Numbered from the stretch's first letter, positions 42,470 through 51,311 are shown. The stretch: DNA of 64,000 nt from an uncultured bacterium (GCA_964434115.1 CAYSSX010000006.1:140106-204105), one strand, 5' to 3'. The notes: generated by a model from the letters alone, not told the origin. Numbers and translations: made by a program.

Positions 42470-43446
42470 AAGTCCTTGTGACCGGAGGCGCGGGATATAT
42501 TGGCGCCCATATTGTCCGTCATCTTGAAGCCAGCCGGCACACCCCGATTATTCTGGACGATCTGCGCCGCTCAAGCGAGTACCGTGTGAAAGGGCATGCT
42601 TGGGAAAACGTGGCTTTAGAAGATACTGCAGGCGTGCTGCGCGTGTTTGAAAAACATCGTCCGGACGCAGTGATCCATCTTGCCGGCTATATCAGTGTCG
42701 GGGAATCGACGCGGGACCCAGACCTTTATTGGGGGAATAACCTTGGAGCGAGCATGAGTTTGATTTTGGCCTGCTCGCGCATGCCGGTAAAAGCGTTTCT
42801 TTTTTCCTCCACGGCCGCGGTTTATGGATACGCGCCCAAGATGCCGATTGGAGAAGACACGCCTTATGCCCCTACTTGTGCTTACGGCTCTTCCAAGCTC
42901 GCGTATGAGCAGGTGCTTCACTCAAGCGGAAAGGCCCTTGGCCTGCGGACCTTTGCGCTCCGCTACTTTAATGCCTGCGGGAATGTGGTGAAATGGGGCG
43001 TCGGGGAAGATCATGAACCGGAAGAGCATTTGATTCCGCGGGTGATCCGGGCGATTAAATCCGGGAAAAAAGTGCAGGTTTATGGACGCGATTATCCGAC
43101 GCCGGATGGAACTTGCGTGCGTGATTACATTCATGTGCTTGATCTTGCGTCGGCCCATGTTCGGGTTATTGAAGAGGAAATCCTGCCGGGAGGACAGAGT
43201 TTTAATGTCGGGACTGGAAAAGGATTTTCGGTTCTGGAAGTGATTCAAATGATTGGGCGATGCCTGAAAATAACCCCCGACATTGAATTCCTGGACCGCC
43301 GTGCCGGCGACCCGCCAAGCCTGATCGCAGACCCGTCAAAATTGCTAGGAGCCCTTAAGTGGGAAGCTGCACACTCTTCGCTTGAGGCGATCGTGACTTC
43401 TGCTATTGAGTGGGAAAATATCCGCGAAAAAACAAGACACGCTTGA
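42466..43446 (+). CDS. galE: UDP-glucose 4-epimerase
   Basis: VLVTGGAGYIG, catalytic YGSSKLAYE and LRYFNACG motifs. Confidence 0.9.
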   Translation: MKVLVTGGAGYIGAHIVRHLEASRHTPIILDDLRRSSEYRVKGHAWENVALEDTAGVLRVFEKHRPDAVIHLAGYISVGESTRDPDLYWGNNLGASMSLILACSRMPVKAFLFSSTAAVYGYAPKMPIGEDTPYAPTCAYGSSKLAYEQVLHSSGKALGLRTFALRYFNACGNVVKWGVGEDHEPEEHLIPRVIRAIKSGKKVQVYGRDYPTPDGTCVRDYIHVLDLASAHVRVIEEEILPGGQSFNVGTGKGFSVLEVIQMIGRCLKITPDIEFLDRRAGDPPSLIADPSKLLGALKWEAAHSSLEAIVTSAIEWENIREKTRHA

Positions 43447-43453
43447 AAGAATC

Positions 43454-43488
43454 AGAGCCCTTTCCCCCGCGGAGAGGGCTCTTTTTTT
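43454..43488 (+). terminator. Rho-independent terminator after galE
   Basis: AGAGCCCTTTCC-loop-GAGAGGGCTCT stem followed by T7, 8 nt after the galE stop. Confidence 0.7.
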
Positions 43489-43631
43489 GTCCGCCGTAAG
43501 GCCCCGCATCAAAAATACGCCCCTTAAAAGAGACAAAACTTCCCAGCCTTTTTTGTGGAGAATTTTTTCCGGATCCCCGAACGACCCGGGCACGACGTTT
43601 GAGTCGTGCCCGGGTATCCGAAAGACGAAAA

Positions 43632-43709
43632 TGGTGCGCCTGACTGGAATTGAACCAGTGACCCCCTGCTTAGAAGGCAGATGCTCTATCCAACTGAGCT
43701 ACAGGCGCA
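43632..43709 (-). tRNA. tRNA-Arg(TCT)
   Basis: The reverse complement reads TGCGCCTGTAGCTCAGTTGGATAGAGCATCTGCCTTCTAAGCAGGGGGTCACTGGTTCAATTCCAGTCAGGCGCACCA. Acceptor TGCGCCT/AGGCGCA, anticodon loop CTTCTAA, T-loop TTCAATT, encoded CCA. Confidence 0.9.
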
Positions 43710-43789
43710 AGAAGGGACAAATGGAGAAATGCGAGAGGCGGTAGTATAGGTGTAAAAAAAGAAGATGGCAAGGCGGGATAGCCGTGCTT

Positions 43790-44965
43790 CTAAAATCCGA
43801 AAATAGTGCGCCAGCCGGATTTTTCAGAACTGGGTTTGCCGTGAAAGAAGTCTTTAAGCTGCTGGTTCTGATCTTTGGCATCTTCATAGCCGCGGTGGAT
43901 CAAATCCCGGATGAATTTGTCATGAAACATAAAGCGTGTGGAGCGGCGCTTGACCTTTTCTCCGCGGCCGTAATCAGCGTCTGTTGAAATGGGTTGGATG
44001 CGTTTGCTGGGGTGAATGACATAAACTTGAGCCGGCCGGTAGTGATAGGGGTGCGCTTCGTGATGGAAAAGGGGCAGGGGGCCTTCGCCTTTTCCAAGCT
44101 TCAAGGTTTTCTTGGACAGAGCTTCGTAAAACTCGTTAAAGACGTGAATTTCTTTGGCCTCATCCGTTGCTGAGTTGTAGCTCAAACGGTTGAGCAGCAT
44201 GCGGATGACGTTGCTGATCCGAGGCCGGAAATGAGGGGAATACGTCGGCAAATCATCCGGAAACGGCTTCTCCGTTGAAATGCTGAGGACCCGTGTCGCC
44301 CCCATAGCAATCGCGGCGCTTAAAGGGCGGCTAAGGCTCACAGACCCATCTAGAAAGAAACGGTCACCGACCTTTACCGGCGGTAAAAAAACCGGAACGC
44401 TGCAGCTTGCGGAGATATGCGGAACCGTGATTCTGTCAATTTTTCCGATGGAATGAAAGAGGTTCCAGGAAAGCGCGGAAGGCCCTTCGAGAAACCAGGT
44501 GCAGCGTCCCGAGACAAGCTCGGTGGCAACGACCCCGATTCCTTTGGTGCTGCCTTCATTCATGGAGCGGTCAAGGTGCTCCCTGAGAAAGCCTTTTTGT
44601 ATGACGGCTTGCATGGGGGCCGGGTCAAGCAGCGACCATGTGGGGTGGCGGTGCGCTTTGGGCTTCCGCCATTGCTTAAAAAAAAGCTTTGCGGCATTGT
44701 GGAGCATATTGCCGTGATAGCTTGGAATATGAAAGCCCATCCACAGGTCTTCCAGCCAGACCCGGCTTTTGCGGGCGTCAAAGGACTGAGCTGCATAAAA
44801 GCTTGTGTTTAGCGAGCCGCAGGAGGAGCCTGTAAAAACTTGAAAGGGGCTTCTTTCGCCGTGAGAAAAATGTTCGTGGATGTATTTGAGTACACCCACT
44901 TGGTAGGCGCCGTGAGCTCCGCCGCCCGTGCAGACTAGTCCGAAGGTTTCTTTTTGTTTTGTCAT
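43790..44965 (-). CDS. patatin-like phospholipase
   Basis: GGGAHGAY (oxyanion GGGxxG), GSSCG (GxSxG nucleophile) and DGS (catalytic Asp) motifs. Confidence 0.85.
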   Translation of the reverse strand: MTKQKETFGLVCTGGGAHGAYQVGVLKYIHEHFSHGERSPFQVFTGSSCGSLNTSFYAAQSFDARKSRVWLEDLWMGFHIPSYHGNMLHNAAKLFFKQWRKPKAHRHPTWSLLDPAPMQAVIQKGFLREHLDRSMNEGSTKGIGVVATELVSGRCTWFLEGPSALSWNLFHSIGKIDRITVPHISASCSVPVFLPPVKVGDRFFLDGSVSLSRPLSAAIAMGATRVLSISTEKPFPDDLPTYSPHFRPRISNVIRMLLNRLSYNSATDEAKEIHVFNEFYEALSKKTLKLGKGEGPLPLFHHEAHPYHYRPAQVYVIHPSKRIQPISTDADYGRGEKVKRRSTRFMFHDKFIRDLIHRGYEDAKDQNQQLKDFFHGKPSSEKSGWRTIFGF

Positions 44966-45501
44966 AAAATGGGTTTCTTTAATTTAATAACGAGTGAAAA
45001 ACGCTAAAACTTTATGCAGAGCTTGAATTTAGAGGGCACCTTTCAAAAAGCATAAGATTCCCTTTAAAGGGTGAGGCTTAGGTAAAACTGGTAAAAAGGC
45101 CTGATCGGCTAAGAAGTAAGCGGTCGGTGCGCCCCAACAAAAAAGAATTTTTTAAGCAACGCTTGCAAGAAAGATTTAATCCTAATACTATTTACAGAAG
45201 TTGTGTGCCAGGGCACCCCGGTTTCGGGAGGCTTTGGATGTTCTGTGACTGGATTTCAATAGGCATCAGGAATGAGAGCGGAAGGCCGGTTGGCCTGACC
45301 GCTCATGATAGAGTTCTGGAGGACTTGGTAAAAGCGCCCATTCTCACGGCGGATCTTAGCTCCGGCTGCACAGCCGGACAAGGCCCGGAAAGTCAAAGGC
45401 CTGACCTTCCGCTGATTCCGGCAAGAAGTGCGTAACCCCGGGTCAGCCTTCACTCGTCCGCCGGGACTCATCGATAACCCCAAGAGGGAATAAAGAGAAC
45501 T

Positions 45502-46104
45502 ATGAAAACCAAATTGTTCGTTGGAAATCTGAGTTTTGAAGCAACAAGCGAGGAACTGAAAAAACTGTTTGAACCGTATGGTCCAGTTCACGAAGCGACC
45601 GTGGTGGTGGATAAAAGAAGCGGGAAATCCAAAGGTTATGGTTTTGTCCAGATGGTTGAAAGCAAGGATGCCGCGATGGCCCTTGAGCTGAGCGGCCGTG
45701 ATTTCAAAGGGCGTGACTTGGTTGTGACAGAAGCTGATTCCCCGGGTGAAGGCCAGCGCCGGCGCAGCCGAAGCGGCGGAGGCAGACCCAATCGCACGAG
45801 TAATCGTCCTATCACGGAAGGATGGAAAGATAATAGCGTTGAAACCTTTATTCCTAAGAAAAAGCCGTCTCTGTGGAGCCGTCTTTTTGGATGGCTGAAA
45901 CCCAAAACAGAAAAGCCCGTAGTCGTTGAAACCCGCGAACGTGACCACTACCGCGGGTCATCCTCGGGTGGTGAGCGGAGCCATCGTCATTCGCGCCGCC
46001 GTCACCAGGGCGGAAGACAGCGGAATTGGAATAACAATCGCAGGCCCCGCCATCCCAGGGCGCACGAAGAAGCCCGCGACAGCAACCCGCCGCAGCAGAA
46101 TTAA
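45502..46104 (+). CDS. RNA-binding protein with an N-terminal RRM domain and an Arg/Ser/Gly-rich C-terminal tail
   Basis: RNP2 LFVGNL and RNP1 KGYGFVQM are present. The C-terminal half is RS/RG-rich and low-complexity. Confidence 0.85.
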   Translation: MKTKLFVGNLSFEATSEELKKLFEPYGPVHEATVVVDKRSGKSKGYGFVQMVESKDAAMALELSGRDFKGRDLVVTEADSPGEGQRRRSRSGGGRPNRTSNRPITEGWKDNSVETFIPKKKPSLWSRLFGWLKPKTEKPVVVETRERDHYRGSSSGGERSHRHSRRRHQGGRQRNWNNNRRPRHPRAHEEARDSNPPQQN

Positions 46105-46111
46105 TTTTCTT

Positions 46112-46196
46112 CCGGGCATGAGGCCGTCAAGTTTGGTTCCCAAATACCGAACTTTAAAGCAGCGTATTCACGGCCCCATGCCCGGAGGAATTTTTT
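46112..46196 (+). promoter_or_regulatory. long interrupted hairpin (9+6 bp stem, ~40-nt loop) whose 3' arm overlaps the Shine-Dalgarno of the downstream gene, followed by a T6 run
   Basis: CCGGGCATG-a-GGCCGT...ACGGCC-c-CATGCCCGG spans 46112-46185. GGAGG lies at 46184-46188, TTTTTT at 46191-46196 and the TTG start at 46195. Confidence 0.4.
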
Positions 46197-49100
46197 GAAA
46201 AAAAGCAGCTCTTCAGCACCCGCCATTAGTAAATCCCTCTTCCTTTTGTGTTTCTTTTTTTCCGGAGCCTGCGGTCTTGTGTATCAAGTGGCCTGGCTTA
46301 GGGTTCTCTCCCTGGTCTTTGGAAATACGACTTTTGCCACAAGCGCGATTCTTTCCAGCTATATGGCGGGTCTGGGTCTCGGCGCCCTCTATTTCGGACG
46401 AAAAATCGAGTCCGATACCCGTCATCCTGTCCGCGTGTATGCTCTTCTGGAAGGAGGCGTCGCGGTCTACGCCTTTTTGACGCCGTTGTTGTGGAAGGCG
46501 ATTGAATTTTTGCATATTGGTTTTTACCGCACGCTGCACCCCGATTATCTTGTGGTTGCACTTTTTAAATTTGCCCTCGCTTTCGCGGCCCTTTTTATCC
46601 CCACCTTTCTGATGGGCGGCACACTCCCCGTGGTTTCAAAGTTTTTTGTGAATCAAAGGACGGAGATGGCGCGTTACGTCGGGCTTCTGTATGCGCTGAA
46701 CACTTTGGGCGCCGTTGTGGGGGTGGTTTTCAGCGGGTTTTATGCCCTCTACCAATTCGGTGTCTGGCAAACGGTTTATCTTGCCGGAGCGGCCAATTTG
46801 GTCATTTATTTTTTACTGAGGGATTTTGGAAAAGAAACGGAGCCTTCCGCCGCCGGCAAGGTGGCCGCAAGGCAGAGTAGTGCCTCAGCCGATCCGTCCG
46901 TAAAAGAAGGCTCAGGGAAGATCGCTTCTCAGTCTATGACACTGATGCTTTTTCTCTTTGGGTGTTCAGGGGCTGTTTCCATGATGTATGAAATCGGATG
47001 GACCCGCGTTCTGGCCATTGTCCTGGGCAGTTCCACTTATGCTTTTTCAGTCATGCTCGCGACTTTTCTTCTCGGGATAGCTTTGGGCAGCTACCTTTTC
47101 AGCCTTGCTGCGAAGCGCTGGCATTTGGATTTCTTTGCTTTTTCCGTGATGCAGTGTTTGACCGCGGCTTCCGTTCTCTGGGGAATCAACCGTTTTGAAG
47201 ACATCCCTTACTGGTTTGTGCAAATTTATGTTTCTTCCCAGGGCGCTGCCGCATCCATGGATTTCGGACGTTTCGTGATCTGTTCTTACATCATGCTGGC
47301 ACCCACTCTTTTTATTGGCGCCATGTTCACTTGTTTTATTCATGCCTACAAAGGAAGCGGCCTTCTGGGAAAAGATGTTGGGGTCGCGTACTTTTCAAAT
47401 ACGGTGGGAACGATTTTGGGAGCGGCCTTAACCGGGTTCCTTATCGTTCCCGTGATCGGGATTCAAAGAACACTGGTCTTAGGGGCGGTTATTAACACTG
47501 CGATTGCCGTGCTGACCTTTTTTTCACAGCCTGAAAACCGCAGCCGGAGACGTCTTGCCGGCGGGGGAACGGCCCTTGCGCTGGTGCTCGCTGCCGGAGT
47601 TTTTGTTAAACCCTGGAATACAAGTCTCATTGCCAGCGATACCGCGGTCAATCCTTCCCGCATCGCCGGGGTGTCCAAAGAAAAGTTTCTAAGTTCTTTC
47701 CGTGACCGTGAACTGCTTTTTTATAAGGAGGGACTCAGCGCGACCGTCAGCGTGGCCAGGGTCAAAGACAATGTTTCTCTCGCAGTGAATGGAAAAGTGG
47801 ATGCCTCCAACAACGATGCTTTTACCCAGTATCTGCTTGGGCACCTTCCGCTCTTGATTCATGAAAACCCTAAAAAGGTTGCTGTGATCGGACTTGGGAG
47901 CGGCTCCACCCTTGCGGCTGTGGCGGCCCACCCGGTAGAAACGATTGATGGAGTCGAACTGGAAAAGGCGGTGGTTGAAGCGTCTTATTTTTTCCCGGAT
48001 CTCAACCGCGGGGTACTTCAGGACCCGCGTGTTCATATGTATGTGAATGACGGACGGAATTTTCTTCTGGTGCGTCCGGATCTGTATGACGTCATCATTT
48101 CAGAACCCTCCAATCCGTGGATGGCGGGCGTTGCCAATCTTTTCTCTCTGGAACATTTTAAAACAATGCGGAGCCGTTTGAACCCTGACGGTATTGCCTG
48201 TCAGTGGCTGCATGCCTACAGCATGTCTTCTTCCGACCTCGGCATGATTATCAAAACATTTACGCAGGCCTTTCCGTATGTCCAGCTTTGGACCTCGTAT
48301 TATCCCGACCTTATGCTGGTGGGCTACAACGCGCCTCATCCGGTAGATTTTGAGCTTGTGAAAAAGCGTTTTGAAGACAATCCCCTTGTTCGGGCGGATC
48401 TTGCGCCTCACGGCATCCGCAGCCCCGGAGCCCTCTTTTCCAGTTTTTGGCTTGATGACGGCGAACTGCGGCGAATTTCCCAGCGTTCAGAGCTTCACTC
48501 GGATAACATTCCGCGTCTGGAATTCTCAGCGCCGCGAAGCCTCTACACCAAAACGTTCGATAAGAACTACATGTTTCTCAACGCGCTTCGGAAGTATGAC
48601 TACAGTATTGTGAAAATGGATCCGCCTCCGGCGTCGAATGTTCGCTTTTATCAGGAAGTTGCGGAAGGTCTTCTCGCCAAACGGATGTACCATGATGTGG
48701 ACGAGGTTTTAAAAATTGCGCGGGGGATGGAGCCTGAAAATCCTCGAACTCTGGCGCTTATGGGGATATTGAAACTCCGCCTGGAGGCTTTTGAGGAAGC
48801 TGAAAAGAATCTCACTGAGGCATTGGCTGCGGACCCTGGGCTGGCTGAAGCCCATGCGGCGCTTTACCAGATTTATATGAGAAACAAGAATTACCCAGCA
48901 GCGCTTGAAGCCGCTTCCAAGGCCCTGGCCCTTGAGCCGGATTATGCGCCTTATCAGGAAATTGCCGCGGAAGCTTTTTATTCTAATGAGAAATGGAGCG
49001 AAGCCCTCCCGCTTTTTGAAAAAGTACTTATTTACAAGAAGAGTTCTTTTGACACCATGACCCGCATTGTGGACATCACGATGAAAACGGGGAATGAAGC

Positions 49101-49392
49101 GGACAAAATAGCAGTCCTTGAGCGCATGGCTGACATGTACCCCCGGTATCCGCTTATTTTTCTTCAGCTGGGGCAAATCTATGAACAGTTGAACCGGCTT
49201 CCTGAAGCCCTGGAAGAATTTGAGATTTTATCCCGGCTTGTTCCGGAAGACCCAAGTGTTTATTTGAATCTGGCAAGAGTTTATGACAAGCTTGGAATGC
49301 CGGCGCAAATGGTGGAAGCTGTAAAAAAAGCGGTAAAACAAAACCCAACACTTGCCAATCATCCCGAACTCAGAAAAATTTTAATGCGCTGA
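46195..49392 (+). CDS. large membrane protein: N-terminal polytopic domain, spermidine-synthase-like (aminopropyltransferase) domain and C-terminal TPR repeats
   Basis: A multi-TM N-terminus is followed by the SpeE-like core (VAVIGLGSGST...DVIISEPSNPW) and at least four TPR units (ALEEFEILSRL..., AHAALYQIY...). TTG start with a GGAGG Shine-Dalgarno. Confidence 0.85.
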   Translation: MKKSSSSAPAISKSLFLLCFFFSGACGLVYQVAWLRVLSLVFGNTTFATSAILSSYMAGLGLGALYFGRKIESDTRHPVRVYALLEGGVAVYAFLTPLLWKAIEFLHIGFYRTLHPDYLVVALFKFALAFAALFIPTFLMGGTLPVVSKFFVNQRTEMARYVGLLYALNTLGAVVGVVFSGFYALYQFGVWQTVYLAGAANLVIYFLLRDFGKETEPSAAGKVAARQSSASADPSVKEGSGKIASQSMTLMLFLFGCSGAVSMMYEIGWTRVLAIVLGSSTYAFSVMLATFLLGIALGSYLFSLAAKRWHLDFFAFSVMQCLTAASVLWGINRFEDIPYWFVQIYVSSQGAAASMDFGRFVICSYIMLAPTLFIGAMFTCFIHAYKGSGLLGKDVGVAYFSNTVGTILGAALTGFLIVPVIGIQRTLVLGAVINTAIAVLTFFSQPENRSRRRLAGGGTALALVLAAGVFVKPWNTSLIASDTAVNPSRIAGVSKEKFLSSFRDRELLFYKEGLSATVSVARVKDNVSLAVNGKVDASNNDAFTQYLLGHLPLLIHENPKKVAVIGLGSGSTLAAVAAHPVETIDGVELEKAVVEASYFFPDLNRGVLQDPRVHMYVNDGRNFLLVRPDLYDVIISEPSNPWMAGVANLFSLEHFKTMRSRLNPDGIACQWLHAYSMSSSDLGMIIKTFTQAFPYVQLWTSYYPDLMLVGYNAPHPVDFELVKKRFEDNPLVRADLAPHGIRSPGALFSSFWLDDGELRRISQRSELHSDNIPRLEFSAPRSLYTKTFDKNYMFLNALRKYDYSIVKMDPPPASNVRFYQEVAEGLLAKRMYHDVDEVLKIARGMEPENPRTLALMGILKLRLEAFEEAEKNLTEALAADPGLAEAHAALYQIYMRNKNYPAALEAASKALALEPDYAPYQEIAAEAFYSNEKWSEALPLFEKVLIYKKSSFDTMTRIVDITMKTGNEADKIAVLERMADMYPRYPLIFLQLGQIYEQLNRLPEALEEFEILSRLVPEDPSVYLNLARVYDKLGMPAQMVEAVKKAVKQNPTLANHPELRKILMR

Positions 49393-49488
49393 GTTTGCCG
49401 TTTGTTGGGAAACTCCTTGTCCCTTCCGATTTTTTTTCTATAATAACCCGTTCATTCTGTTTTCATTCATGATTAAAGGGGGTTTCAG

Positions 49489-50091
49489 GTGCACAATCTG
49501 CAGGATTTGATTCACTGGGGCGGTTATCTTGTTCTTTTTCTCATAGTTTTTGCTGAAACCGGCCTTCTTGTGGGTTTTTTTCTTCCGGGGGATTCTCTTC
49601 TTGTAACCGCCGGACTTGTTGCGGCCGTCGACCATCAGTTGAATGTTTGGATTCTTATCGGTCTTCTGTCTGCCGCGGCCATTATCGGCGACAGCGTGGG
49701 GTATGGCATCGGGTATAAATTCGGGCCCAAAATCTTTAATAAAGAAGACTCCCTTTTCTTTCATAAAGATCACCTTTTGCGCGCCCAGAAGTTTTATGAG
49801 AAGTATGGCAATAAGACCATTGTTCTCGCACGCTTTGTTCCGATTGTCCGTACCTTTGCGCCTACAGTGGCAGGGGTGGGACGCATGGATTACAAGCGTT
49901 TTCTTGTCTACAATGTCGCAGGCGGCATCCTTTGGGTTGCAAGCATGACGCTGACCGGGTATTTTCTGGCCCAGGCTATTCCGGATATTGAAAAGAAAAT
50001 CCACTGGGTTATTTTAATTGTCATTTTTCTCTCCTTCCTTCCGATCGTTCATGAATGGAACCAGTCGCGGAAGAACAAAAAGTCTTCCTGA
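49489..50091 (+). CDS. DedA-family membrane protein
   Basis: DedA/SNARE-associated motifs (VFAETGLLVGFFLPGDSLL; ARFVPIVRTFAPTVAGVGRM). Confidence 0.85.
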   Translation: MHNLQDLIHWGGYLVLFLIVFAETGLLVGFFLPGDSLLVTAGLVAAVDHQLNVWILIGLLSAAAIIGDSVGYGIGYKFGPKIFNKEDSLFFHKDHLLRAQKFYEKYGNKTIVLARFVPIVRTFAPTVAGVGRMDYKRFLVYNVAGGILWVASMTLTGYFLAQAIPDIEKKIHWVILIVIFLSFLPIVHEWNQSRKNKKSS

Positions 50092-50119
50092 AAAAACCCC
50101 AACGGCCGGAGATCTTTTG

Positions 50120-50539
50120 GTGCCTGGCAAGGTTTTACGCCGGACTTTTCTCATCTTGTGCCTGGGAGCCGTGATCGGTGCTTGGTGCTATGCCGATGAT
50201 CTGATGACCCGCTTTCCCAATCTGGATTACGCCCGCTTCCGGTGGGGCGTGGCTTCTTGGTACAGTCAGGCTGATGACAATATTCACGAATACACAGCGA
50301 GCGGAGAGCTTTTTGACGATTCCCAGATGACTTGCGCGTCGTGGGAGTACGATTTTCAGGAGCAGCTGCTTGTGATTAATCTTTTCAGCGGGCGCTGGGT
50401 GGTTTGCAGGGTGAATGACCGCGGTCCAGGCAAGCGTCTTCGCCGGGAAATTGATTTAACCAGGACAGCGTTTGCAGAAATCGCCGCTCTCAAGAAAGGT
50501 CTTCTTTACGCCGCAGTAATACCCCTAAGCAAAAAATAG
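50120..50539 (+). CDS. RlpA-like double-psi beta-barrel protein (septal ring lytic transglycosylase RlpA family)
   Basis: GVASWYS...TASGELFD...TCASWEYDF....VCRVNDRGP motif. The start is uncertain (TTG/GTG near 50117-50120, after a signal-like segment). The upstream part of the listed ORF overlaps dedA. Confidence 0.7.
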   Translation: MPGKVLRRTFLILCLGAVIGAWCYADDLMTRFPNLDYARFRWGVASWYSQADDNIHEYTASGELFDDSQMTCASWEYDFQEQLLVINLFSGRWVVCRVNDRGPGKRLRREIDLTRTAFAEIAALKKGLLYAAVIPLSKK

Positions 50540-50573
50540 GAACACAGGCTATACTTTTCCATAAGGAGAAAAC

Positions 50574-51311
50574 ATGTTCCAGTCCTTGGGCGTCAGGTGG
50601 AAGCCGCAGGTGCTTTGCAGCCTTTTTACAGGACTGCTTTTTTTAGGATGCCCGTTTGCGGTAATGGCGGATCCGGCCGATGACATTCAGCTTGATGGGG
50701 TGATGTACAGTGCTTCTGAACCGGAAAAATCGGTCGCCGTGATCAACGGGGATGCTGTGATGCCGGGAAGTCAAATCGGAAACTACAAAGTGAAAGAAAT
50801 ACGCCAGAGTTCAGTTGTTTTGACTGATGCCGCAGGGGCAGAAAAAATCCTCGGGCTAAAAGCCGTAAAATCCAAAGAGGCCATGCATCCTGCTTTGAGA
50901 GCTGCTTCAGAGGCGAAGAAAAAAGAAGTTTCCCAAGACGCCCAGACTACTGAAAACCCTCTTCAGGCGATTTTAAATCCGGGCAAGCTTTTGGAACAAT
51001 TCAAAAGTGCTCAGGTTCTGATGGATCTTAGAAATCTTCGGATGCAGATAGCGATGTATTATGGAGAGCATGGAAGTCTTCCGCCGATCGATGAACTTGT
51101 TGAAAAAGGCGAGGTGAACCCTGCTTTTAAGGGAGGCATCAAAGGCGGGTACCGTTTCCGTTTTTCAGAAGGTAAAAAAGGGCCCATGATTTTTGCCGAT
51201 CCAGTAGAAGAAACCTCAAACAGCGATCATTACATGATCGACGACTGGGGAAATCTGCGCAAAGAAAGCGGCAAGCCAGCCACCTACGACAGCCCTCTTT
51301 ATAATTCTTGA
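50574..51311 (+). CDS. hypothetical secreted protein; the N-terminal beta-domain resembles GspC/PilP-type modules and the C-terminus resembles a type II secretion pseudopilin core, without a prepilin leader
   Basis: Signal peptide, then LDGVMYSASEPEKSVAVINGDAVMPGSQIGNYKVKEIRQSSVVL, then LRNLRMQIAMYYGEHGSLPP...DDWGNL, which resembles the GspG-like globular domain. The domain calls were made by eye only. Confidence 0.5.
   Translation: MFQSLGVRWKPQVLCSLFTGLLFLGCPFAVMADPADDIQLDGVMYSASEPEKSVAVINGDAVMPGSQIGNYKVKEIRQSSVVLTDAAGAEKILGLKAVKSKEAMHPALRAASEAKKKEVSQDAQTTENPLQAILNPGKLLEQFKSAQVLMDLRNLRMQIAMYYGEHGSLPPIDELVEKGEVNPAFKGGIKGGYRFRFSEGKKGPMIFADPVEETSNSDHYMIDDWGNLRKESGKPATYDSPLYNS

Noticed and set aside
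43585-43614. The 12-bp GC palindrome as an intrinsic terminator for tRNA-Arg or galE
   Set aside because: There is no U-tract after the stem on either strand. The proper galE terminator is the separate stem plus T7 at 43454-43488. I keep it as a finding of unknown function rather than a terminator.
43406-43744. 112-aa + strand ORF spanning the galE terminator, the GC palindrome and tRNA-Arg
   Set aside because: It is a translation of structured RNA or terminator sequence (GIEPVTP is a tRNA artefact).
45127-45948. ORFs 45127..45435 (+) and 45256..45948 (-) in the intergenic region and antisense to the RRM gene
   Set aside because: The region is dominated by hairpins, the peptides are low-complexity, there is no RBS, and the minus-strand ORF is antisense to a good RRM gene. 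I treat the region as structured non-coding RNA or UTR.
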